This document shows, one piece after another, positions 1 to 8,160 of a stretch of DNA of 11,182 nt. The notes below the pieces were generated by a model. The model was not told the DNA's origin. It searched no databases and was given only the letters and a program-made list of their open reading frames with translations. The stretch's first letter is position 1, and every line of letters starts with the position of its first letter. This DNA is from a bacterium. Lineage in GTDB: Bacteria; SZUA-182; DTGQ01; JAFGSM01. Both the position numbers and the translations under genes were made by a program. The DNA is taken from assembly GCA_049472355.1 (NCBI GenBank), contig JBLIRP010000107.1, positions 1 through 11,182 on the forward strand, written 5' to 3'.

Positions 1-1
1 G

Positions 2-613
2 GTCGCCGCCCTGGTGCCGCGGGCCGAGATCGAGGGAGAGAGGGGGGATTCCCACATGGGGCTGCAGGCCCGCCTCATGTCACAGGCCCTCAGGAAGCTG
101 ACCGCGGCCATATCGAAATCCAAGACCAGCGTCGTCTTCATCAACCAGGTCAGGGAAAAGATCGGCGTGATGTTCGGAAATCCGGAGACCACCACGGGGG
201 GGCGGGCATTGAAGTTCTATGCGAGCATCCGGCTGGATATCCGCAGGATCGGCTCCATCAAGAAGGGGGAAAACACCATCGGAGGCCGGGCCCAGGTAAA
301 GGTGGTGAAAAACAAGGTGGCGCCCCCATTCAAGGCCGCCGAATTCGATATCATGTACGGCGAGGGCATCTCCCGGGAGGGGGATCTCCTGGATGTGGCC
401 ACGGAAATGGGGATCATCCAGAAGCTCGGGACCTGGTTCAGCTACGGGGAAGAACGGATGGGGCAGGGCAGGGAGAATGCCCGCGGTTTCCTGAAGGAGC
501 ATCCGGATATTACGGATCAGATCGAACGGCGGATAAAGGGTGAGGGCAGCCCTCCGGCACCGGCAAAGGAGGAGGCAAAGGCGGCCTCCAAAAAGGCGGC
601 TGCGACCGCATAG
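2..613 (+). CDS. recA: Recombinase RecA, C-terminal part (5' end lies outside the window)
   Basis: Frame open from position 2 ([12 protein letters not shown]...). Classic RecA motifs [56 protein letters not shown] and GQGRENA. Stop TAG at 611-613. Confidence 0.99.
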   Translation, partial: VAALVPRAEIEGERGDSHMGLQARLMSQALRKLTAAISKSKTSVVFINQVREKIGVMFGNPETTTGGRALKFYASIRLDIRRIGSIKKGENTIGGRAQVKVVKNKVAPPFKAAEFDIMYGEGISREGDLLDVATEMGIIQKLGTWFSYGEERMGQGRENARGFLKEHPDITDQIERRIKGEGSPPAPAKEEAKAASKKAAATA

Positions 614-658
614 CAGGCCGGCGCCCTTTTCCTGTATCTCCGAATGGTACATGAAGGT

Positions 659-687
659 TTGCAACTAATTATCTGTTTTTATAAATT
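659..687 (+). promoter_or_regulatory. Putative sigma70-type promoter upstream of recX
   Basis: TTGCAA (659-664), 17-bp spacer, TAAATT (682-687) in an AT-rich 140-bp gap between recA and recX. Confidence 0.4.
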
Positions 688-753
688 TCATTCCTCGTTG
701 TGATCACCGTATCAAGACGGATAGACGAATAATTCCTGCATACGAAAACGTGG

Positions 754-1224
754 ATGGATGTAGAGCACGATTTTCAGAGGGCGAAGGAGCTGGCCATCAA
801 TTACCTCTCGTATCGCCCGCGCAGTTCCAAAGAGGTACGAACACACTTGGTCAGGAAGGGATATCCCGTGCCGCTCGCCGACCGGGTGGTAGACTATCTC
901 CGGGATGCCCGCTACATCGATGATCAGGATTTCGCCGCGAAGTGGTATGTAAGCCGCGTGCACAAAGGGGGGTATGGCCCGGTGCTCATTGCCAGGGAAC
1001 TCGCGGCAAAGGGGATTCCCGCCGGGCTTTGTTCGGCCCTCCGGGCACGGTTTTATCCTCAAGAGAAAGAGCAGGAGGAGGCCCGCAGGCTTGCGGAAAA
1101 AAGGTGTCCCGAAGGATCGCGGGATCCCCGCGAGCGAAAAAGGGTCTATGAATTTCTCCTGCGCAGGGGTTTTTCGCCTGAGGCCGCACACGAGGCGGTG
1201 GGATTGACCGCCGCCGGCGAATAA
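754..1224 (+). CDS. recX: Regulatory protein RecX
   Basis: 156 aa. RecX-like motifs A..YLSYRPRS.KEV..HL..KGY, YIDDQDFA, G...I..EL..KGI and FLLRRGF. Sits directly downstream of recA. Confidence 0.95.
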   Translation: MDVEHDFQRAKELAINYLSYRPRSSKEVRTHLVRKGYPVPLADRVVDYLRDARYIDDQDFAAKWYVSRVHKGGYGPVLIARELAAKGIPAGLCSALRARFYPQEKEQEEARRLAEKRCPEGSRDPRERKRVYEFLLRRGFSPEAAHEAVGLTAAGE

Positions 1225-1261
1225 TACTTTGAAATTCAACAAATTAAAAGGATGAGGATAC

Positions 1262-2077
1262 ATGACGAAACCATTGACCATAGGATTGATCGGGTGCGGC
1301 ACCATCGGCACCAGGATCGCCCAGGCCGTTGATCAGGGGGAGGTTGCCGCGGTCTTGCAGGCGGTGAACGACATCGAGCGGGAAAGGGCCATCGGGCTGA
1401 AGCGGGGCCTGACGCATCAGAATCCGGCGGTGACCGACCTGGAGGGCATCTTTTCCATGGTCGATCTCGTGGTTGAGGCCGCCTCGCGTGGGGCGGTCTC
1501 GAAGGTGGTGCGCCTGGCGTCCAAGTTCAAACGGGACTGCATGATCATGAGCGTGGGCGCGCTGCTGGGTGCGGAGCAGGTGATCGAGGAGGCGAAACGT
1601 GCGGGTATACGCATCTATTGCCCCTCGGGGGCCCTTGCCGGGCTCGATGCCGTGGCTGCGGCCGCTGTCGGTCGCATCGACACGGTACGCCTTACCACCA
1701 TCAAGCCGCCCCGGGCATTGAGGGGGGCCCCCTACGTAACGCAGAGGGGGATCGACCTGGATGGCCTCACCGGGGAGCAGGTGATCTTTGAGGGAACCGC
1801 CCTGGATGCGGTCCCGGCCTTTCCAAAGAATATCAATGTGGCCGCGGCCCTGAGCCTTGCCGGCATCGGTGCCCAAAGGACCATGGTACGGATCGTGGCG
1901 GACCCCAAGGCCACGAGAAACATTCACTCGGTCGAGGTGGAGGGCGAGTTCGGCAGGCTGGTGACCAGGACGGAGAACCTGCCCGCACCCTTCAATCCCC
2001 GCACCAGCTACCTGGCGGCCCTTTCGGCTGTTGCCTGCCTCAAGCGGATTACCGCCTCTCTCAGGGTGGGGGGATAA
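1262..2077 (+). CDS. nadX: L-aspartate dehydrogenase (NAD biosynthesis, alternative to NadB)
   Basis: 271 aa. Rossmann motif GLIGCGTIG, plus VVEAAS, PSGALAGLD, TTIKPP, FPKNINVAAA, NIH and NPRTSYLAALS. SD-like GAGGA upstream. Confidence 0.92.
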   Translation: MTKPLTIGLIGCGTIGTRIAQAVDQGEVAAVLQAVNDIERERAIGLKRGLTHQNPAVTDLEGIFSMVDLVVEAASRGAVSKVVRLASKFKRDCMIMSVGALLGAEQVIEEAKRAGIRIYCPSGALAGLDAVAAAAVGRIDTVRLTTIKPPRALRGAPYVTQRGIDLDGLTGEQVIFEGTALDAVPAFPKNINVAAALSLAGIGAQRTMVRIVADPKATRNIHSVEVEGEFGRLVTRTENLPAPFNPRTSYLAALSAVACLKRITASLRVGG

Positions 2078-2080
2078 GGG

Positions 2081-3004
2081 ATGGCATCATCGGGACTCCT
2101 CATACTGGATAAACCCCACGGCATCCCCTCGTTCAAGGCGGTGCAGGCGCTCAAGCGGCGGTTTCGCTGGACAAAGGCCGGGCACGTGGGCACACTGGAC
2201 CCGCTGGCCACCGGGGTGCTGCCCATCTGCGTGGGAAAGGCGACCCGGCTCATTCCCTACATCATGGAGTGCGAAAAGGGGTATGAGGCCCTCATACGTC
2301 TGGGGGCGGAGACCCTTACCCAGGACCGGGAGGGTGCGGTCACCCGCATGTACTGCGGAAGGCGATACCCTTCACCGGGCGAGGTGGAGGGGGTGCTCGG
2401 GCGGTTCAGGGGGGAGGTGGAGCAGGTCCCTCCCATGTACTCCGCACTCAAGTACAAGGGACGGCGGCTCTACGAGTGGGCGCGCGACGGCAAGGATCTC
2501 CCCCGGAACCCGCGGATGGTCCGTATCGATACGATTACCTGCCTGGCCTATACCTATCCCTTCCTCCTGGTGGACATCACCTGCGGAAGGGGCACCTATA
2601 TCAGGTCCCTGGCAGCCGACATCGGCAGGGCTCTCGGCACCGGCGGGCACCTGTGGGCATTGAGGAGGCTCAGGGTCGGGGAATACACCATCGAGCGTTC
2701 CCTTCAGTGGGGGACGATAGAGCGGATGCGCAGGGAGGAGATGGAGGATGCACTGATTTCCATGGGCGAGATGCTCCATTTTCTGCCTGCCATACAGGTG
2801 GACCTCAAGGGAAAGGCCGCCATGGCCCACGGCCGGACCTTCACCCTGGTCAATCCCCCGCCTGCGGAGTCCTTCGACAACAATATGCTGGTGCGGGTCG
2901 AGGACCCTGACGGCGTGTTCCTGGGGCTGGGAGGGGTCATCCGTTGCACCGAGCATGCCCTCGGCCTCGAGATCAGCATCAAGCCCTCCATGGTGATATC
3001 GTAA
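2081..3004 (+). CDS. truB: tRNA pseudouridine(55) synthase TruB
   Basis: 307 aa. LDKP, GHVGTLDPLATGVLP (catalytic Asp), QVPPMYSALK..GRRLYEWAR.G and GTYIRSLA.DIG, with a C-terminal PUA-like segment. Confidence 0.97.
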   Translation: MASSGLLILDKPHGIPSFKAVQALKRRFRWTKAGHVGTLDPLATGVLPICVGKATRLIPYIMECEKGYEALIRLGAETLTQDREGAVTRMYCGRRYPSPGEVEGVLGRFRGEVEQVPPMYSALKYKGRRLYEWARDGKDLPRNPRMVRIDTITCLAYTYPFLLVDITCGRGTYIRSLAADIGRALGTGGHLWALRRLRVGEYTIERSLQWGTIERMRREEMEDALISMGEMLHFLPAIQVDLKGKAAMAHGRTFTLVNPPPAESFDNNMLVRVEDPDGVFLGLGGVIRCTEHALGLEISIKPSMVIS

Positions 3005-3069
3005 CTGCACAACACTGAGCAATTACGTGATGTTCCCTAAGGGCGCACCAGCCGCACCCGTCGGTCACG

Positions 3070-3099
3070 TTGCCATCTGCGGCCCATTCAATTTATAAT
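3070..3099 (+). promoter_or_regulatory. Sigma70-type promoter for the amidase-thi4-thiC-thiE-thiD cluster
   Basis: TTGCCA (3070-3075), 18-bp spacer, perfect TATAAT (3094-3099) in the truB-amidase gap. Confidence 0.65.
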
Positions 3100-3105
3100 A
3101 TACGG

Positions 3106-3930
3106 ATGGATGATCACATGAACCATACCATCACCATTGCCTGCCTCCAGATGCCGGTCATCTGGGGCAATGAACACGAGAACCTCGAAAGGGTCATGGA
3201 GGCGATCGATGGCCTGCCCGGCGGCCAGGTCGATATGATCTGTCTGCCCGAGCTCTTCACCACCGGTTTCGATTATGCCCTCCTGAAGGGACGGGATCAC
3301 GGCGTAACGGAGGAGGTCCTCCATGTGCTGGGAGGGAAGGCCCGGTCGAGGAATGCCTACATCCTGGCCGGCACGTTGCCTGAACGGGAGGGGGAGCGGG
3401 TGTATAACACCTCCTTTGTCATTGACCCGTCAGGGAAGAAGGTTGCCTCCTATCGTAAGATGCACCTTTTTCCTCTCATGGGAGAGGAGGGGTTTTTTAG
3501 CCCTGGGGAGAGCCCCCTGGTGTTCCGCACACCGTGGGCCCGGATCGGGATCGCCGTGTGCTACGATGTGCGGTTTTCGTATCTGTTCCTGAAGCTGGCG
3601 CTCAACAGTGCACAGATCATCGTTGTCCCCGCGCAGTTTCCTGCCGCGCGGATCGACCACTGGGATACCCTGCTGAGGGCGCGGGCAATAGAGAATCAGC
3701 TCTTCGTGGTGGGGGTGAACCGGACCGGGGAGGACCCCGGGAACCGGTTTCCGGGGCATTCCTGTATCATTGACCCCAATGGGGTGCTTCTTGCGGGTAA
3801 CGGGGAAGAGGAGGGGTGGATTATCGGCTCCGTCGACATCGGGGAGGTGGAGCGGGCGAGACGCTTGTTGCCTGCGTTGTTTTCAGGAAGAAGCGGGTCG
3901 CGGGTGAACAATGCCAAGGAACTTTGTTGA
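3106..3930 (+). CDS. Carbon-nitrogen hydrolase (nitrilase superfamily, omega-amidase/Nit-like)
   Basis: Glu-Lys-Cys triad motifs LPELFTTG, YRKMHLF and VCYDVRF, plus W..LLRARAIENQ and GHS.IIDP.G. The ORF-track TTG start at 3070 coincides with the -35 box, so the real start is probably ATG 3106 or ATG 3118. Confidence 0.9.
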   Translation: MDDHMNHTITIACLQMPVIWGNEHENLERVMEAIDGLPGGQVDMICLPELFTTGFDYALLKGRDHGVTEEVLHVLGGKARSRNAYILAGTLPEREGERVYNTSFVIDPSGKKVASYRKMHLFPLMGEEGFFSPGESPLVFRTPWARIGIAVCYDVRFSYLFLKLALNSAQIIVVPAQFPAARIDHWDTLLRARAIENQLFVVGVNRTGEDPGNRFPGHSCIIDPNGVLLAGNGEEEGWIIGSVDIGEVERARRLLPALFSGRSGSRVNNAKELC

Positions 3931-3951
3931 ACATGGAGAAGAGGATTATAC

Positions 3952-4728
3952 ATGATCAGATTGGATGAAATAGTCATAACTCAGGCCATTATCGACACCT
4001 ACCACCGGAAGCTGATCGATCATCTGGAGGTGGATGTGGCCATAGTGGGCGCCGGGCCTTCCGGCCTGACCGCCGCCTATGTACTGGCCAAGGAGGGTAG
4101 GAAGGTGGCCCTGTTCGAGAAGAGGCTGACCCTTGGCGGCGGCATGTGGGGCGGGGGAATGATGTTCAACCAGATCGTGGTCCAGGACAAAGGGCTCCGC
4201 TTGCTGGAGGAGTTCGGGATCCGGCATAAGGAGTTTCAGCCGGGATACTACGTGGCGGATGCAATCGAGTCGGTGGCCACCATCTGTGCGGCAGCCTGCC
4301 GTGCGGGTGCAGCGCTTTTCAACCTGATAAGCGCCGAGGATGTGATGTGCAGGGACGACAAGATCACCGGCCTGGTGCTCAACTGGTCGCCGGTGGAGAT
4401 GGCCAGGCTCCATGTGGATCCCCTGTGCATCCGCTCCAGGTACGTGGTGGACGCCACCGGTCACCCTGCGGAGGTCGTGAAGATCGTGGAGCAAAAATTC
4501 AATGCCCGGATCAACACCCCCACCGGCAGGATGGTGGGGGAGAAGGCCATGTGCGCCGAGCTCGGGGAGGAGGAGGTGGTGAAGCACACCGGCCTTGCCT
4601 ATTCCGGCCTGTATGTGTGCGGCATGGCTGCGAACGCCACCTTCGGCGCCCATCGCATGGGCCCGATCTTCGGGGGGATGCTTCTTTCCGGGCAAAGGGT
4701 TGCGGAGCTGATCCTCAGGGAGCTATAA
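3952..4728 (+). CDS. thi4: Sulfide-dependent adenosine diphosphate thiazole synthase (Thi4, His-type)
   Basis: 258 aa. [28 protein letters not shown] (His at the position of the suicidal Cys), DATGH and [20 protein letters not shown] upstream. Confidence 0.96.
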   Translation: MIRLDEIVITQAIIDTYHRKLIDHLEVDVAIVGAGPSGLTAAYVLAKEGRKVALFEKRLTLGGGMWGGGMMFNQIVVQDKGLRLLEEFGIRHKEFQPGYYVADAIESVATICAAACRAGAALFNLISAEDVMCRDDKITGLVLNWSPVEMARLHVDPLCIRSRYVVDATGHPAEVVKIVEQKFNARINTPTGRMVGEKAMCAELGEEEVVKHTGLAYSGLYVCGMAANATFGAHRMGPIFGGMLLSGQRVAELILREL

Positions 4729-4815
4729 TCGCGCCATCCTGCCGTCTGCCTGAGGCCGGCGGCATGAACCCACACCCCCATTGAGGAATGGGATATCGGA
4801 GAAGGTGAACAGGTA

Positions 4816-6123
4816 ATGACACAGAGGGAGATGGCCTTGGCGGGAAGGACGAGCCCCCAGGCCAGAGATGTTGCCGCATCGGAGGGCGTCGATCCGGAGG
4901 TGCTTCGGGAGCGGCTTGCAGCGGGCAGGGTGGTGATACCCGCAAATCCCGCACACCGGGGACTCACACCCATAGGGATCGGCGAGGGACTGAGGACCAA
5001 GGTGAACGCCAATATCGGCACCTCCAGGGACTGCCCCAACATGGAGGAGGAACTGGTGAAATTGCAGGCAGCGGTGGATGCCGGTGCCGACACCCTGATG
5101 GACCTCAGCACCGGGGGGGACATTAACGCGGTGCGACGTGCCGTGCTTGACCGATCGCCGGTGCCGGTGGGAACGGTCCCCATCTACCAGGCGGCCATAC
5201 GGGCGGTTGAGGAGTCGGGCGCCGTGGTGCACCTGAGCGTGGATTCCCTGTTCGAGGTCATCGAGAACCAGGCCAAAGAGGGCGTGGACTTCATGACCGT
5301 GCACAGCGGCCTCACCAGGGAGGCTCTCGACCGTCTGGTCATGCAGGGCAGGGTAATGGATGTGGTGAGCAGGGGAGGGGCGTTCCTGGTTGACTGGATG
5401 ATTTACCACGACAAGGAGAACCCCCTGTATGAGCATTTCGATCGGCTCCTGGAACTCGCCCGCTCATATGACATTACCCTCAGCCTGGGGGACGGTCTGC
5501 GGCCGGGGTCAGTGGCGGATGCCACCGACCGGGCCCAGATACAGGAGCTCATCATCCTGGGGGAACTCACCACGCGGGCGTGGGAGGCAGGCGTCCAGGT
5601 GATGATCGAGGGACCCGGCCACGTGCCCATCGACCAGATCGAGGCCAACGTGCTTTTGGAGAAGCGTATCTGCGAGGGTGCACCCTTCTATGTGCTGGGT
5701 CCCCTGGTGACCGACATCGCCCCCGGCTACGATCACATCACCGCCGCCATCGGCGGGGCGGTCGCGGCAAAGGCCGGTGCAGACTTCCTGTGCTACGTCA
5801 CCCCATCGGAGCACCTGAGGCTCCCCACGCCCGAGGATGTGCGTATCGGCGTCATCGCCACCCGGGTGGCAGCCCATGCAGGCGACATTGCAAAGGGGAT
5901 CAAGGGGGCGATGGATGCGGACCGGGCGCTTTCCGAGGCGAGAAAGGCCCAGGACTGGGAGGAGCAGATCAGGCTTTCGCTTGACCCCCAGCTCGCGGAA
6001 AGGCTCAGGGATGAGCGGCGCCCCCTGGACAGCTCCACCTGCTCCATGTGCGGGGAATATTGCGCCATACGCCTGGTCAAGGAATACCTGCATGGCAAAG
6101 GAAAGAAGGGAAAAGACACGTAG
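4816..6123 (+). CDS. thiC: Phosphomethylpyrimidine synthase ThiC (short ~435-aa form, radical SAM)
   Basis: [58 protein letters not shown] and the C-terminal CX2CX4C motif CSMCGEYC (6040-6063). Flanked by thi4, thiE and thiD, which favours ThiC over its Bza paralogues. Confidence 0.96.
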   Translation: MTQREMALAGRTSPQARDVAASEGVDPEVLRERLAAGRVVIPANPAHRGLTPIGIGEGLRTKVNANIGTSRDCPNMEEELVKLQAAVDAGADTLMDLSTGGDINAVRRAVLDRSPVPVGTVPIYQAAIRAVEESGAVVHLSVDSLFEVIENQAKEGVDFMTVHSGLTREALDRLVMQGRVMDVVSRGGAFLVDWMIYHDKENPLYEHFDRLLELARSYDITLSLGDGLRPGSVADATDRAQIQELIILGELTTRAWEAGVQVMIEGPGHVPIDQIEANVLLEKRICEGAPFYVLGPLVTDIAPGYDHITAAIGGAVAAKAGADFLCYVTPSEHLRLPTPEDVRIGVIATRVAAHAGDIAKGIKGAMDADRALSEARKAQDWEEQIRLSLDPQLAERLRDERRPLDSSTCSMCGEYCAIRLVKEYLHGKGKKGKDT

Positions 6124-6760
6124 ACTCGCCGAATCCTCCCTGTACCTCCTCACCCCTTCCGACATCATCGATCCCGGCATGCTCATCCCCATGGTAATCG
6201 AGGCGGTCAGGGCGGGGGCGGACATCATCCAGTTCAGAAACAAGACCGGGACTGCACGTGAGCTTATCGAGACGGGAAGGGCCCTCTGCGAGGCCGTGCA
6301 CGGGGAAGGCGCCCTTTTCCTGGTGAACGACCGGGTGGATGTGGCCCTGGCTACCGGTGCGGACGGCGTGCATCTGGGACAGGACGACCTGCCCCTTTCC
6401 TGGGCCCGCCGCATCCTGGGGAGCGAGGGCGGGGGAATCATCGGCATATCCACCCATTCAATCGACCAGGCCCTGCAGGCTGATGCCGAGGGCGCGGACT
6501 ATGTCGGGTTCGGCCCCGTGTTTCCCACGCCTGCAAAGTCGGGATATGTCCCCCTCGGCACTGCATTCTTCGATGGGCTCAACAAGAGGCTCGGGATTCC
6601 CTACTTTGTCATCGGGGGAATACATTCCGGGAATATCGGACAGGTAAGGGAGGCGGGAGCGCGCCGGGTTGCACTGTGCAACGGGGTGTTCGGGCAGGGG
6701 GATGTCGCCGAGGCAACCGCCCTGATCAAACAGCGCCTTCATTCACCATCACCTTCATAA
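6092..6760 (+). CDS. thiE: Thiamine-phosphate synthase ThiE
   Basis: ATG 6092 with AAGGAA upstream, overlapping the thiC end by 32 nt; 222 aa. Motifs [40 protein letters not shown] and IGGI. Confidence 0.93.
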   Translation: MAKERREKTRRLAESSLYLLTPSDIIDPGMLIPMVIEAVRAGADIIQFRNKTGTARELIETGRALCEAVHGEGALFLVNDRVDVALATGADGVHLGQDDLPLSWARRILGSEGGGIIGISTHSIDQALQADAEGADYVGFGPVFPTPAKSGYVPLGTAFFDGLNKRLGIPYFVIGGIHSGNIGQVREAGARRVALCNGVFGQGDVAEATALIKQRLHSPSPS

Positions 6761-6773
6761 AAGGGAAAGAGCG

Positions 6774-7553
6774 ATGATACCATGCGCCCTCACCATAGCA
6801 GGCACCGATCCCACCGCAGGTGCGGGAGTCCTTGCGGACATCAAGACATTCGCCGCCCTCGGCGTGTACGGGGTGTGCGTCGTCACTTGCATCACCGCCC
6901 AGAATGCCTCCGCCTTTCATGGGGTTCACCCTGTTCCCCATCGTTTTGTGAGGGCGCAGCTCGATGCCGTGCTGGAGGATTTCCGGGTGGATGCATTCAA
7001 GGTAGGGATGGTGTACCAGCCGGAGACCATACAGGAGATCGCCCGGCTCATCCATAAAGGGGGGCTGAGAAACCTGGTACTCGATCCGGTTGTTTCGGCA
7101 AGCTCCGGGGGAGCGCTTCTTTGCGAAGGGGGAATCGATGCACTGCGGAGGGAGCTTCTCCCCCTCGCCGCTGTCGTCACCCCCAACCTGCACGAGGCCG
7201 CGCTTCTTTCGGGCAGGAACGTCAGGGATTGCGATGACATGCGGGAGGCAGCCCGGAGGATTCACGGGATGGGACCGCGCTTCGTGCTCATCAAGGGAGG
7301 ACATCTGAAGGGAGGGATCCACGATCTGCTCTACGACGGCAACACCTTTCTGGACACCCCCCTTGCACGCATACCGGGGGAGGTACGGGGTACGGGATGT
7401 ACCCTCTCGGCCGCCATTACTGCCGGGCTGGCACGAGGGCTGCCTGTTGCCGAGGCGGTATGCAGCGCACAGGAATACACCCGGCGGGTGATCCGCGATT
7501 CGATTCCCGGACAGCATGGCCCCCGGTATCCCAGCCATTTCCCTCTTCCATAA
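6774..7553 (+). CDS. thiD: Hydroxymethylpyrimidine/phosphomethylpyrimidine kinase ThiD
   Basis: 259 aa. LTIAGTDPTAGAGVLADIKTF, ITAQN, KVGM, VLDPV, TPNLHEA, IKGGHL and the ribokinase-family anion hole GTGCTLSAA. No ThiN fusion. Confidence 0.95.
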   Translation: MIPCALTIAGTDPTAGAGVLADIKTFAALGVYGVCVVTCITAQNASAFHGVHPVPHRFVRAQLDAVLEDFRVDAFKVGMVYQPETIQEIARLIHKGGLRNLVLDPVVSASSGGALLCEGGIDALRRELLPLAAVVTPNLHEAALLSGRNVRDCDDMREAARRIHGMGPRFVLIKGGHLKGGIHDLLYDGNTFLDTPLARIPGEVRGTGCTLSAAITAGLARGLPVAEAVCSAQEYTRRVIRDSIPGQHGPRYPSHFPLP

Positions 7554-7733
7554 AAAACCGATGGGACGAACAAAAGGCATGCTCTCACTGTATGCAGCAG
7601 GGTATCCAAAAAAGTAAATATCCGTATCGTAACGAGGCACGCATCGTGGCATTGGACCCGAACTGATTAGAAAAAGCGGATAAAGGGTAATAATCGAAGG
7701 GGTCAACAAGGCACAATCGAAGGAGATACCATC

Positions 7734-8093
7734 ATGCAGATGCTTATCGTGGTTTTGATCGGGCTCGTGGCAGGGACATTCGGCGGGTTTTTGGGGCTCG
7801 GCGGGGGAATCATCATGGTGCCCGCCCTGATCTTCCTCTTCGGCATGACTCAGCATCAGGCCCAGGGGACGGTCCTCGCCACCATGGTCCCTCCTATCGG
7901 CCTCCTTGCCGCGTTGAAGTACTACTATGCGGGAAATGTGAACCTGCGGATGTCCCTGTTCCTGTGCCTGGGATTCTTTGTGGGTGGGCTGCTGGGTGCG
8001 TACGGCGCCCATCTTCTGTCCGGACCCATGCTCAAGAGGGTCTTCGGGATCGTGCTCTTGGGCATCGCACTCCGACTGATACTGGCGGCATAG
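7734..8093 (+). CDS. Half-size TSUP (TauE/SafE sulfite-exporter family) membrane protein
   Basis: 119 aa, hydrophobic, about 4 TM segments. G..AG..GGFLGLGGGIIMVPAL, QHQAQGT.LA, YY..G.V and G...GA.......LKRVFG. SD AAGGAG. Confidence 0.85.
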   Translation: MQMLIVVLIGLVAGTFGGFLGLGGGIIMVPALIFLFGMTQHQAQGTVLATMVPPIGLLAALKYYYAGNVNLRMSLFLCLGFFVGGLLGAYGAHLLSGPMLKRVFGIVLLGIALRLILAA

Positions 8094-8105
8094 GATCCAT
8101 GGCGG

Positions 8106-8111
8106 TATAAT
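8106..8111 (+). promoter_or_regulatory. Possible -10 element upstream of the flavodoxin-like gene
   Basis: Perfect TATAAT about 50 nt upstream of ATG 8161. No convincing -35 box. Confidence 0.3.
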
Positions 8112-8160
8112 CACGTGGTCGTTTTTGGAAACCCTTTAACCCACAGCGAAGGAGGTCAAC

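Noticed and set aside
1229..1239. Palindrome TTGAA-A-TTCAA before nadX as a Rex/NadR/NrtR site
   Set aside because: Only 5-bp arms in AT-rich DNA, and it does not match Rex TTGTGAA-N4-TTCACAA.
5837..6091. 85-aa N-terminal extension of ThiE in the ORF track
   Set aside because: Overlaps thiC out of frame. ATG 6092 has an SD and gives a normal-length ThiE.
4816..6123. Possible BzaA/BzaB/BzaF (benzimidazole synthesis) instead of ThiC
   Set aside because: Embedded between thi4 and thiE/thiD with no cobalamin genes nearby, so ThiC is the parsimonious call.
7640..7700. TPP-riboswitch-like fragment (ACCCG AACTGAT...GCGGA) after thiD
   Set aside because: Lacks the CUGAGA element and P1-P5 pairing. 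The resemblance is only a few bases.
6726..8114. 462-aa minus-strand ORF and other long antisense ORFs (80-664, 1244-1927, 3946-4695, 5509-6453 etc.)
   Set aside because: Shadows of well-supported + strand genes in GC-rich DNA, with no recognisable motifs.
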